Notes under the pieces: generated by a model
The model's input: only the letters and a program-made list of their open reading frames with translations
Databases searched by the model: none
What the model was told of the DNA's origin: nothing
In this document: in pieces, positions 8,864 to 17,914 of the stretch
How the letters are laid out: every line of letters starts with the position of its first letter
How positions within the stretch are numbered: the stretch's first letter is position 1
Translations under genes and position numbers: made by a program
From: Alphaproteobacteria bacterium
GTDB lineage: Bacteria; Pseudomonadota; Alphaproteobacteria; Caedimonadales; UBA9215
Reading direction: 5' to 3'
Assembly: GCA_024280495.1 (NCBI GenBank)
Contig: JAJRPZ010000047.1
Span: 1-34,940, forward strand
Length of the DNA stretch: 34,940 bases

Positions 8864-10305
8864 CTAAGAGCCCCGTTTATCCAGATAAAGCCCCCGAACG
8901 TCTTATTGACGTTCTTGCCAACCGCCCCGCCCCTTTTTGTCCCCCAAAGCCCAATCATCGCAGTCATAATATGTCAAATTTTAAAAAGTTTTTCTTTTTT
9001 AAAGGCGATCTCCTCGAGAGCTACACGGAAAATGCCTATAGCTATCTCATGGGTAAAAACAATATGGGTCTTTCGGAAGTTTATGCCATCAACTGTCTGG
9101 ATACGGCTCATAAAGTTCTCATTAATAAAGCAAAAACCTTTCCCAAAAGTACTGTAATGTCACGGGCTTTTGAACCTCTCATTGGAAACTCTGTTTTTTC
9201 CGTTAATGGTTCTGTGTGGAAAGCACAACGAAAACGTCTCTCACCTGCATTTTCCCACATCCAAGTCAAACAGGCCTTTCTCAGTATGCGTGACGCCGTA
9301 GATCGCATGCTAAAAAACCTTGAAAAAGCTTCTAAATCTGGTGAAATCATTAATTTTGACGTTTTAATGTCCCAGGTCACTTCCGATGTTATTTTTCGTG
9401 TGATGTTTGGCGGTAAGCTTGATGGTAAACGTGGTAAAGCTATTTATGATAGTTTTCAAATTTATCAGCGAGAACAAAAGTATTTCTCCCTTCGCACCAT
9501 TATTAATTGGCCAAAATGGCTTCCAATTCTTGGAAAACGCCACAATAAAAAAGCCCTTCAAGCAGCAAAAAATATCCGTGATATCCTCTTTGATATTGTG
9601 AACGCGCGCCTTGAAATTCCCGCTGATAAGCGTCCCAGCGATATGCTCACAAGCATCTTAGACAAATATAAAGAAGACTTTGGTGACCGCATTCCAGCAA
9701 TAGAAGTGGTTGATCAGATTGCTTTTTTCTTTTTGGCAGGTCATGAAACAACGGCTGCGGCCACAACGTGGGCTTCTTATCTATTAACTGCAAGTCCCTA
9801 CGACAAAGATAAAATGCTTAAAGAAGTTAAAGACGTGGTCGGTGATCGTCCCCTTGAGTTTTCTGATATTCGAAAACTCAAAAATGTGACGGCAGTTTTT
9901 AAAGAAGCCATGCGTCTTTACGCGCCTGTTCCTTACTTTCCACGGCAAGCAACGGAAAAGACAGAACTTCGTAGTCATACTCTAAAACAAGGATCACAGT
10001 GCACGGTGAACGCCTATTTCATACACCGCCATACAAAATGGTGGGATCACCCTGATGCTTTTATACCAGAACGTTTTATGAAAGATGATCGACGCCCAGA
10101 TCACCCTATGGCCTACATTCCTTTCTCAGCTGGTCCCCGTGTTTGTCCAGGGGCGAGTTTTGCTACCGTTGAGTCCGTCTTACTTTTATCATCTATGTTT
10201 CGACAATATGACTTTAAACTTGTGGAAGGAATGGATATAGCGACTTTTTCTGAAATGACACTGCGTCCAAAAAATGGCATTCATGTGACGATTACGAAAA
10301 AATGA
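8860..10305 (+). CDS. Cytochrome P450
   Basis: I-helix AGHETT, K-helix EAMR (ExxR), PERF, heme ligand FSAGPRVCPG. Confidence 0.97.
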   Translation: MTKSPVYPDKAPERLIDVLANRPAPFCPPKPNHRSHNMSNFKKFFFFKGDLLESYTENAYSYLMGKNNMGLSEVYAINCLDTAHKVLINKAKTFPKSTVMSRAFEPLIGNSVFSVNGSVWKAQRKRLSPAFSHIQVKQAFLSMRDAVDRMLKNLEKASKSGEIINFDVLMSQVTSDVIFRVMFGGKLDGKRGKAIYDSFQIYQREQKYFSLRTIINWPKWLPILGKRHNKKALQAAKNIRDILFDIVNARLEIPADKRPSDMLTSILDKYKEDFGDRIPAIEVVDQIAFFFLAGHETTAAATTWASYLLTASPYDKDKMLKEVKDVVGDRPLEFSDIRKLKNVTAVFKEAMRLYAPVPYFPRQATEKTELRSHTLKQGSQCTVNAYFIHRHTKWWDHPDAFIPERFMKDDRRPDHPMAYIPFSAGPRVCPGASFATVESVLLLSSMFRQYDFKLVEGMDIATFSEMTLRPKNGIHVTITKK

Positions 10306-10996
10306 CCTCTATATTTTTTTGAACCTGAGAAAATACAGCATCTAGGTCAAGGGAGGCATCAATTAAACGACACCGATCTTTATTATTCTGATAGTGTTCA
10401 AGAAAGCCATCTCGAACTTTTTGGTGGAAAATAACGGATTTGGATTCAAAATGATCGGAGGCGCTATTGTTATTTGTTGACTCTGCCGTAACCTTCTTTG
10501 CACGGGTTAATCCAACCCTAACATCAATGTCAAAAATGAGCGTCATGTCTGGCGCAACTTTATTTATAGATCCATCTTCTCTTTTTACTGAAATCACACG
10601 ATCATAAGTTGCCGCCATATATCCTAGATCAACCTGATTAATAGGTTCTGGTGAAAGTCCTTGATACACAACAGAAGAATCATAAAATCGATCTGACAAA
10701 ACCCATTTCCCAGTAAAAAGAGCGGGTTCAATAATACTTTTCACATGATGACGGCGTGCCGCACTAAAAAGTAAATATTCCGTCAAGGGGTCAATTTCAT
10801 CTTTATCGCTTGATAAAATAAGATCACGTATTTTTTCAGCAAAATCAGATCCCCCTGGTTCTCGGGTCACGATATGATCTATGCCTTTTTCCGTGAGGTA
10901 TGCTGATAACCTCTTGAGTTGGCTAGATTTACCACCTCCCTCACCGCCTTCAAAGGTAATGAATTTTCCACGTGATTTAGCATCAAGATTTGGCAT
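10292..10996 (-). CDS. tmk: Thymidylate kinase
   Basis: FITFEGGEGGGKSSQ P-loop, TREPGG, LLFSAAR, SDRFYDSS.VYQG. Confidence 0.97.
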   Translation of the reverse strand: MPNLDAKSRGKFITFEGGEGGGKSSQLKRLSAYLTEKGIDHIVTREPGGSDFAEKIRDLILSSDKDEIDPLTEYLLFSAARRHHVKSIIEPALFTGKWVLSDRFYDSSVVYQGLSPEPINQVDLGYMAATYDRVISVKREDGSINKVAPDMTLIFDIDVRVGLTRAKKVTAESTNNNSASDHFESKSVIFHQKVRDGFLEHYQNNKDRCRLIDASLDLDAVFSQVQKNIEVIFS

Positions 10997-12164
10997 TGTT
11001 AAGACTTTTTTTTACGCTTTCGGCTTTTGATCCAACTGAGTCGCCACCAAAAATAAGAAAATTCATAGTTGACCCAATACGGGAAAAAAAGCCCAGTTTT
11101 TTTGAAGATTCACCAGCAATGAGAGGGTATTCTTTTGATTTTTTCCCTGGCATATTAATGACGATCTTAGCAACGGCATCCCCCGCATGAATGGGAGCCT
11201 GCAAGGGTGTTTTATAAACGATTTCTGCGCGAATATCCTTGATCAATCCTCGAGGCACTGTGATGGCAATATCCGATGGCGACACCAAAGGGATTTGATT
11301 TTTCGATCCCATCCATACGTCCGCCATCTCTATGCTTTCCCCAGCAGAATACAAAATTGTACTGGCAAAGGCTCGGTAACCATAGGTGATTAAACGTTTT
11401 GACTCTCGGGCCCGCATACCAGTAGTTTTATTTCCATTGGTCACAACCAAAAGACGACGGCCTTTTTGAAGGGTTGAGGCCACAAGGCCATAACCACCAG
11501 CATTGGTATGCCCTGTTTTGAGGCCGTCACACCCAATACCCATATGAATTAAAGGGTTACGATTACTTTGACGAATTTTGTTATAGGTAAATTCTTTATC
11601 ACTATAGAGATTGTAAAGCTTTGGAAAATCCATCATAGTTCTGGTGGCGATCACGGCAATATCACGTAACGTCATTTTATGTTCTAGGTTAGGCCATCCC
11701 GTTGCATTTACCAAAGTTGAATGTCGCACACCAATTTTTTTTGCCACTCGATTCATCAATTCAACGAAATCTTCTTCTGTCCCTGAAACCCCCTCTGCCA
11801 ACGCAACTGCGGCATCATTACCAGATTGTGTAATAACCCCTCGAAGTAAATTTTCAACGGTGACCAATGACCCCACATTCACAAACATACGGGATCCCTT
11901 CATGCGCCAAGCTTTTTTTGAAATTTTAAACTTATCTTTTAGGGAGAGTCGACCATTTTTAATTTCATTAAAAACAACATCAACAGTCATGATTTTGCTC
12001 ATGGAAGATGGGGGAACTAGAACATCAGAATTTTTATCATATAAAATTGTTCCTGTTGTAAGATCCACAAGCAATGCCTGTTTAGATTTAGTGGAAAAGG
12101 AAGCCTCTAAACAGGATATCATCAAGAGGCTCGTCACGCATAATTTTGATAGTGTTTTTATCAT
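10983..12164 (-). CDS. dacA: D-alanyl-D-alanine carboxypeptidase (peptidase S11, PBP5/6)
   Basis: Signal peptide; SMSK, SGN, KTG motifs; rlpA-dac-tmk gene order. Confidence 0.93.
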   Translation of the reverse strand: MIKTLSKLCVTSLLMISCLEASFSTKSKQALLVDLTTGTILYDKNSDVLVPPSSMSKIMTVDVVFNEIKNGRLSLKDKFKISKKAWRMKGSRMFVNVGSLVTVENLLRGVITQSGNDAAVALAEGVSGTEEDFVELMNRVAKKIGVRHSTLVNATGWPNLEHKMTLRDIAVIATRTMMDFPKLYNLYSDKEFTYNKIRQSNRNPLIHMGIGCDGLKTGHTNAGGYGLVASTLQKGRRLLVVTNGNKTTGMRARESKRLITYGYRAFASTILYSAGESIEMADVWMGSKNQIPLVSPSDIAITVPRGLIKDIRAEIVYKTPLQAPIHAGDAVAKIVINMPGKKSKEYPLIAGESSKKLGFFSRIGSTMNFLIFGGDSVGSKAESVKKSLNNAKS

Positions 12165-12192
12165 TTTAATTCTTTCATATTCTTATATTACA

Positions 12193-13236
12193 TTACTCTT
12201 GAATAATAACAAAAGCATCTTTTACATTACGAACACTTAAGTCATTGAGCATTTTTTTTGTTGCAGTTTTGCTTTTCATTGGGCCCATGAGAACCCTATG
12301 ATAACGGCCTTTTGAGGTATCGAAGATTTGTGAAAGACAGGGAGTGCCCATGCGTGACTGAACCTTATAGGCAAAATTATTGGCATTTATCCGAGATGAA
12401 TAAGTGCCTATTTGAATGTAAGTTCCTCGGCGTAAAGAACCGTATGACTTGCCATAGGGTTTGATTTGAAGATGAATGTCCCGTTGCATTTTGCTTTGAG
12501 GCTTCCTTTTTTCACGAATTTTCCTACGATTTTTCTCTCGAGTGCGCTTTATTTTTACAGCACTTAATTTTAAGGTCTGTGATAAAGATAAGGCATTATG
12601 ACGTCCGTTGGATGAACCCTTAGTATGTTGCCCATGGACCGTATAAGGATTACATTTTTTAGGATTATAATGACGTCCAAGATGAATGCTCTCACTCACC
12701 AAACAATCTACGCGCACCTTTGTAATACCATCATGATGAAATCCCAAAATTTTGGCAGCTTTTTCTGAAACATCAATAATACGTCCCTTAATAAAAGGGC
12801 CGCGATCATTGATGCGTAATTTAAGGCTACGGCCATTTTTAAGGTTAGTCACTCGAACAACTGAAGGTAATGGCAATGTCTTATGGGCAGCAGTTAAGCC
12901 GTTTTTATCAAATCGTTCACCCGTTGACGTTTTGCGTCCATGGAAAACGTCTCTTCCACCATAATAGGATGAAATTCCCGTCTCTGAATACTCATAACGA
13001 GCACGAGGTCGATAGTGTTTTCCTTTTATTTTATAGGACTTATTATAAGCGCGTTTGGCTTGTTTTTTAATAACGGGCGTATTACTTGAATAGTAACGGT
13101 TTCCGCCACCACAACCAGATAAAGCAATAATAGATACAAATAAAGATGATAACAAGACAAGGGATAAGGAAGGCAAAATAGCCCTTTTAAAATAGTTTTG
13201 AAAATAAAGTAGGACCGTTGATGGCGTCAATGTCAA
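12193..13236 (-). CDS. rlpA: Septal ring lytic transglycosylase RlpA (DPBB + SPOR lipoprotein); start uncertain
   Basis: Lipobox LSGC, G.SSYYG..FHGRKT..GE.FD...LTAAHKTLPLPS.VRVTNL.NGRS...RINDRGPF..GRIIDVS, C-terminal SPOR-like YIQIGTY. Confidence 0.95.
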   Translation of the reverse strand: MTLTPSTVLLYFQNYFKRAILPSLSLVLLSSLFVSIIALSGCGGGNRYYSSNTPVIKKQAKRAYNKSYKIKGKHYRPRARYEYSETGISSYYGGRDVFHGRKTSTGERFDKNGLTAAHKTLPLPSVVRVTNLKNGRSLKLRINDRGPFIKGRIIDVSEKAAKILGFHHDGITKVRVDCLVSESIHLGRHYNPKKCNPYTVHGQHTKGSSNGRHNALSLSQTLKLSAVKIKRTREKNRRKIREKRKPQSKMQRDIHLQIKPYGKSYGSLRRGTYIQIGTYSSRINANNFAYKVQSRMGTPCLSQIFDTSKGRYHRVLMGPMKSKTATKKMLNDLSVRNVKDAFVIIQE

Positions 13237-13415
13237 TAAACTCTAAAGTAATATCTAAAAATTATAGAACATCAAGTCTCTTTTGCCCAGAAAAAAGCAC
13301 CTTCAAAAACCTTTATTCTAGTCAAAAAGATTCTGTTTTAGGCAGTTACAGAAAATAGTGGTTTCAAAAAATTCCAGTCTAGGGACGAGAAATATTCGCC
13401 TATAACTTATAGGAA

Positions 13416-13456
13416 GGGAGTGATTAATGACATCTGGGATGTTTTAGGAATCACTA
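13416..13456 (+). repeat. Dispersed intergenic repeat, copy B (hairpin-forming)
   Basis: 33/41 identical to 7560-7600; AGTGATT (13419-25) pairs with AATCACT (13449-55), inner ACATC-TGG-GATGT; preceded by palindrome CCTATAA-C-TTATAGG (13399-13413); just downstream of the ihfB stop. Confidence 0.75.
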
Positions 13457-13464
13457 ATTATTCC

Positions 13465-13749
13465 TTAAGCCGCTTTATTTAAACGTTGGCGCAATTGCTT
13501 ACCTGCCTTGAAAAAAGGAACTGATTTAGGTTCAACTTGCACTGATTCACCAGTACGAGGATTACGACCGATGCGTCCTTTGCGTTCACGAGTTGTGAAC
13601 ACACCAAAGCCACGGAGCTCAACACGATTACCAGCCTCGAGGGCCCGTGTGATTTCTTGAAGGATTGTCGCAATGCATTTTTCAGCTTGATAAGGCGTGA
13701 GATCCAAATTCATAGATGTGATTTTTTGGATAAGTTCTGATCTTGTCAT
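13465..13749 (-). CDS. ihfB: Integration host factor beta subunit
   Basis: MTRSELI, G.RVELRGFG.F, GRNPRTGESV.V..K.VPFFKAGK.LR.RLN. Confidence 0.93.
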   Translation of the reverse strand: MTRSELIQKITSMNLDLTPYQAEKCIATILQEITRALEAGNRVELRGFGVFTTRERKGRIGRNPRTGESVQVEPKSVPFFKAGKQLRQRLNKAA

Positions 13750-13807
13750 TTTTTTTCCTGTTTATTTACGCTTCCTGTAAGGCGCTTTATTCTATGCTAT
13801 TAATAAA

Positions 13808-13835
13808 ATTGTACTCCTTATAAAATGCTCGTCAA
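13808..13835 (-). promoter_or_regulatory. Putative sigma70 promoter of ihfB
   Basis: TTGACG-N16-TACAAT on the minus strand. Confidence 0.45.
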
Positions 13836-13974
13836 GAGATTCTATTACAAAAAAAAATATTTTTCTGGGTACTTTGTAGGAAAGTGCTAAAAACAGGGAT
13901 CTGTCGTATCTATTGACGCTCAGAGAGTTTAATTTTATTTTTTGAATCATTACATTGTTTTAATAAATTTATTT

Positions 13975-16626
13975 TCAATACAATCCTCCCGTACCAGAAA
14001 CTGTATTGTCATTAGAAGGGCCAGAAGATATTCCGCCTCCATATGAATAAGGATTCCCATTGGAGATCGCAGGTGGTCCGTAGGGAGATTTGGGTCCAAA
14101 GGGACTTTTAGGATACCCCCCTGCCCCTTCTTCCACCTGTTCATTAGGATTATCCCATTGAGGCAGATTGTAAGATTCAGTCACTTCCGTTCCTGGCCTA
14201 AAAGCTTCATAAATGGTGTTTGACTTCCCAGGCTCTGCTTTGCCACCAGTGAAGGCATTAACCTTAACCATCTTGACGCCACGGGGGATCTTAAAAGGAA
14301 TAACAGGTTTATTTTTAAGGGCCTCTTTCATAAAGGCTTTAAATATGGGGCCAGCAACCTTTGAACCATATTGTTTAATGCCAAGGGTTCTTGGTGTATC
14401 AAAACCAATATACACCCCAAGAACCAATGTAGGAGAATACCCCATCATCCAAGCATCACGGTAATCGTTGGTGGTTCCTGATTTAACAACCAGTTGGTGG
14501 GGAAGTGATTTCATAAACTCACCAAGACCACGCTCGACGGCACCACGTAAAAGGCTCGTCATTTGATAAGCCGAAATGGGATCAGTCACCTGTTTTCTAA
14601 CATCGATCAAAATTGGTAATTTCGTTGGGTCCTTTGTATCACACCCCTTACAGATGGAATATTTTTGCTTCAAAACAGTTTCACCGTGACGATTTTGAAT
14701 ATGATCCAGGAATGTTGGTATAATATGCTTACCACCGTTGGCTATCATAGCGTAAGCAGCAGTAAGTCTCAAAAGAGTTGTTTCACTGGCTCCCAAGATA
14801 CCAGACAATTGCACAGGCATATGTTTATCAACATCAAAACGCCTTGCAACATCCACTACATTTTTCATTCCCACCTGTTCATGAATCATGCGTATGGCTG
14901 CCACATTTCGAGAAAGTTCAAAACTACGGCGTAAAGTAATGGGCCCTTTGAATTTCTCATCCCAATTTTTAGGACGCCAGATATCTTGACCATAGCCAAT
15001 ATCAATGGCAAAAGGAATATCCTCTAAAACAGTTGAAGGCGTTAACCCTTTTTCAAAGGCAGCAATATAGGCAAAGGGCTTAAATGCAGATCCAGTTTGT
15101 CGTTTTGCCTGGGTTGCCCTGTTAAATTGGCTCATTTCAAAATCATAACCGCCTTGCATGGCAAGCACACGCCCCGTTGCGGGATCCATTGCAACAATAG
15201 CACCTGATACCACTGGAATTTGTCGGAGGTAGTAACGATGCAAGCCTTTGTAACGTTGAATGAATCCTTTTGAACTCCCTTCAGTAAGGCTTTCTTTTTT
15301 TTGATCAGATTTCAAAACTGCCCAAACGGGTTCAACGAGGACAATATCCCCTGCGCGCAAAACTTGTTTTGGGTGACGAATACCGGGCCCCCTGGATTCA
15401 TCAGAAAGCCAACGTCGCGCCCATTTTAAGTCTTTCAAGGTAATATAGCCTGTACTACCATCAAGATTCCCCATGAGAACCTCTTTCTTTTGCACTTCTA
15501 ATACAATGGCTAATGTCCAATGCCCAGAACCTGCAGGACGTAGAATAGAACGTAAACGTTTAAGCCATGCCCCCCCCTTACCTTTCTCTTTCTTTTGAGA
15601 CAATTCGCTCACTGGTAGTGAATTTAATAGATTAATATGGGCAATGGGACCTCGCCAGCCATGTTTTCGATCATAGTTTTCAAGGCCATCACGCAAAGTG
15701 GTTTCCGCGATTTTTTGCAATCGAGGATCAAGGGAGGTCCGAATCACATAACCATCTTGGTAAACAGATTTTTTTCCGTAAGTCCCCATGAGTTCGCGTC
15801 TCACTTCTTCTGCAAAATAATTACCGCGAACTTTGTCTTTCTTATGGCGCTTTCGAAGAATAATTCGTTCAGCTGTGGCATCTCGAGCTTGTTTTTCTGT
15901 TATGACGCCATCTTTTAACATGCGGCCAATGACCCAGTTACGCCGACCATAGGTTGCCTTGGGATTTTTAACGGGATGATAACGACTGGGGGCTTTGGGA
16001 AGGGCTGCAAAAAAAGCAGCTTCAGCAATGGTAATTTCAGAAAGGCTTTTATTGAAATAGTTAAGAGCTGCGGCTGCAAGGCCGTAAGATCTATTGCCAA
16101 GATAAACCTCATTTAAATAGAGTTCGAGGATGTAATCCTTTGTATAGGCTCGCTCAATGCGCAATGACAAAATTGCTTCCTTGATTTTACGCTCGATGGA
16201 AACCATGTGGGAGATATCAAGAAGTAAAAAGTTTTTTGCCACTTGCTGAGTAATTGTGGAGGCCCCAATGGGGCGTCTTGAGGCTCCAATATTTTTTATG
16301 TTGGTCAACGTTGCCGCAAAAATACTGGGAATATCTACCCCGAAATGGCTATAGAAATTTTTGTCTTCTGCCGATAAAAAAGCCTGTCGAACATGAAGAG
16401 GAATAGTGGATAAAGGCACGTAAATTCTTTTCTCATGGGCGTATTCCGCAAACACATGACCATCATTGGAATAAAGTCTTGAAACAACGGGGGGTTCATA
16501 GTTTTTCAGGGTTTTGTAATCTGGAAGCCCCGCCCCATAAAAATAGAAAATAATAGCCGTCAAAAAAGCTGCGAAGAGAATACCAGCAAGGGTTAAACTA
16601 ATGATCCAAGATATAAATCGTGCCAC
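13975..16626 (-). CDS. mrcA: Penicillin-binding protein 1A (class A PBP)
   Basis: N-terminal TM, transglycosylase EDKNF..H.G and GASTITQQ, OB insert, transpeptidase SAFK/SRN/KSG, C-terminal GTGGLY; GTG start. Confidence 0.96.
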   Translation of the reverse strand: MARFISWIISLTLAGILFAAFLTAIIFYFYGAGLPDYKTLKNYEPPVVSRLYSNDGHVFAEYAHEKRIYVPLSTIPLHVRQAFLSAEDKNFYSHFGVDIPSIFAATLTNIKNIGASRRPIGASTITQQVAKNFLLLDISHMVSIERKIKEAILSLRIERAYTKDYILELYLNEVYLGNRSYGLAAAALNYFNKSLSEITIAEAAFFAALPKAPSRYHPVKNPKATYGRRNWVIGRMLKDGVITEKQARDATAERIILRKRHKKDKVRGNYFAEEVRRELMGTYGKKSVYQDGYVIRTSLDPRLQKIAETTLRDGLENYDRKHGWRGPIAHINLLNSLPVSELSQKKEKGKGGAWLKRLRSILRPAGSGHWTLAIVLEVQKKEVLMGNLDGSTGYITLKDLKWARRWLSDESRGPGIRHPKQVLRAGDIVLVEPVWAVLKSDQKKESLTEGSSKGFIQRYKGLHRYYLRQIPVVSGAIVAMDPATGRVLAMQGGYDFEMSQFNRATQAKRQTGSAFKPFAYIAAFEKGLTPSTVLEDIPFAIDIGYGQDIWRPKNWDEKFKGPITLRRSFELSRNVAAIRMIHEQVGMKNVVDVARRFDVDKHMPVQLSGILGASETTLLRLTAAYAMIANGGKHIIPTFLDHIQNRHGETVLKQKYSICKGCDTKDPTKLPILIDVRKQVTDPISAYQMTSLLRGAVERGLGEFMKSLPHQLVVKSGTTNDYRDAWMMGYSPTLVLGVYIGFDTPRTLGIKQYGSKVAGPIFKAFMKEALKNKPVIPFKIPRGVKMVKVNAFTGGKAEPGKSNTIYEAFRPGTEVTESYNLPQWDNPNEQVEEGAGGYPKSPFGPKSPYGPPAISNGNPYSYGGGISSGPSNDNTVSGTGGLY

Positions 16627-16650
16627 GGTAAGGTTCCTAAATGCATTGCA

Positions 16651-17568
16651 TTATGATTTTTTAAAATACGTGTCCAGGGACTGAATAAGGGCCCTAGAAA
16701 TCATTTTTTTATATTTCAATGTCCCTATGAGTTTCTCATCTTTTGCATTAGAAAGATAGCCTAACTCAACAAGAATTGATGGGATTTCAGGAGCTTTCAG
16801 CACGACCAGATCAGCAGAGCGCAAAGTCATTAAGCTTCCAACATTATAACTTTGAAGGTTCCTATGAAAAAATTTCGCAAAAAGAAGAGCTGCATTTGAT
16901 GAGCCTCTCTGAGCAATATCTATAAAAACATCAAAGATCCCATCTTCTTCTTTTAAAGAAATTCCTTCCAAGGAAACCCCTTGAAAATATTTTTTTTTGT
17001 TTTCTTGTTTTGACAAACGTAAAGCTTCTGCATCTGATGCCTTGGTGGATAACGTATATATTGTAAGCCCTCGAATGTGAGGGGATGGGTGATTATCAGC
17101 ATGAATGGAAATAAAAAGATCTGCCCTTGATTTTCTAGCTATGGAAAAACGTTTTCTTTTGGGAACAAAAACATCCCTTTTACGTGTTAAAATAATATTA
17201 TAACGCAAAGTTTTTCTAAGTGCTTGATATAAATATAAAGCCATTTTTAAGGTGATATTTTTTTCATAGTGCCCTGAACGGCTAATACTACCAGGATCTC
17301 TACCACCATGACCAGCATCCAGAACAATTGTTGGACGATATGGTTTCAAAGAAATAACAGGAATAAATTTATGAGACCCTTTTTTAAATCCTACAGCATT
17401 TCTAACAAGGGATAAAATAATGAAAATTTCTGTTTTATTTTGATAGGGAATTGGTTTTTCTGGAGGTATAGAGATCATCGCCGCATTTTTAATATATGAA
17501 GATTGAGAAGTGCTAAGAAAAACACTTATTGTAAAAAACAAAATAAAACCACGGGAAAATGAGAGCAT
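16651..17568 (-). CDS. amiC: N-acetylmuramoyl-L-alanine amidase (Amidase_3, AmiC-like, no evident AMIN domain)
   Basis: IVLDAGHGGRDPG, EK, FISIHAD, SILVELGYLSN; adjacent to mrcA as usual in Alphaproteobacteria. Confidence 0.9.
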   Translation of the reverse strand: MLSFSRGFILFFTISVFLSTSQSSYIKNAAMISIPPEKPIPYQNKTEIFIILSLVRNAVGFKKGSHKFIPVISLKPYRPTIVLDAGHGGRDPGSISRSGHYEKNITLKMALYLYQALRKTLRYNIILTRKRDVFVPKRKRFSIARKSRADLFISIHADNHPSPHIRGLTIYTLSTKASDAEALRLSKQENKKKYFQGVSLEGISLKEEDGIFDVFIDIAQRGSSNAALLFAKFFHRNLQSYNVGSLMTLRSADLVVLKAPEIPSILVELGYLSNAKDEKLIGTLKYKKMISRALIQSLDTYFKKS

Positions 17569-17691
17569 TTTAAAAAAAGTGAATCCAATTTTTTTACATT
17601 TAAAAATGATTGTTTGACCACTTCGCTATTTTAATAACTTGAGTTTAAAAGAGCAAGGTGAAAAAAACAATGCTGACTTACGGGATATTCC

Positions 17692-17720
17692 TTGACATAA
17701 TATGATAGAGGGGCTAAAAA
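17692..17720 (+). promoter_or_regulatory. Putative sigma70 promoter of tRNA-Met
   Basis: TTGACA-N17-TAAAAA, 13 nt before the tRNA. Confidence 0.55.
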
Positions 17721-17733
17721 AAAAAAGTCTTTT

Positions 17734-17810
17734 GGCGAAGTAGCTCAGTTGGTTAGAGCAGCGGAATCATAATCCGCGTGTCGGGGGTTCGAGTCCCTCC
17801 TTCGCTACCA
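17734..17810 (+). tRNA. tRNA-Met (CAT), elongator type
   Basis: 77 nt; acceptor stem GGCGAAG/CTTCGCT, D-arm AGCTCAGTTGGTTAGAGC, anticodon arm GCGGA-ATCATAA-TCCGC, T-arm GGGGGTTCGAGTCCCT, encoded CCA; no C1:A72 mismatch or triple G-C of the initiator. Confidence 0.96.
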
Positions 17811-17914
17811 TTTTCTATAAAATCCCTTTCCCATACCCCCCCCTAAGTCTTGAAGTAAACTCATTCTTCATCCATACTGTCATTGAGCCTTAACATAATA
17901 GGGATGATTTTCCA

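Noticed and set aside
11644..12240. 198-aa plus-strand ORF, and the many similar 60-120-aa overlapping ORFs in the track (e.g. 475-813, 25107-25439, 32105-32461, 33575-33904)
   Set aside because: Antisense or alternate-frame shadows of well-supported genes; no motifs recognised.
17734..17914. tRNA-Met as an integration site
   Set aside because: No duplicated tRNA 3' end noticed and no integrase in the window.
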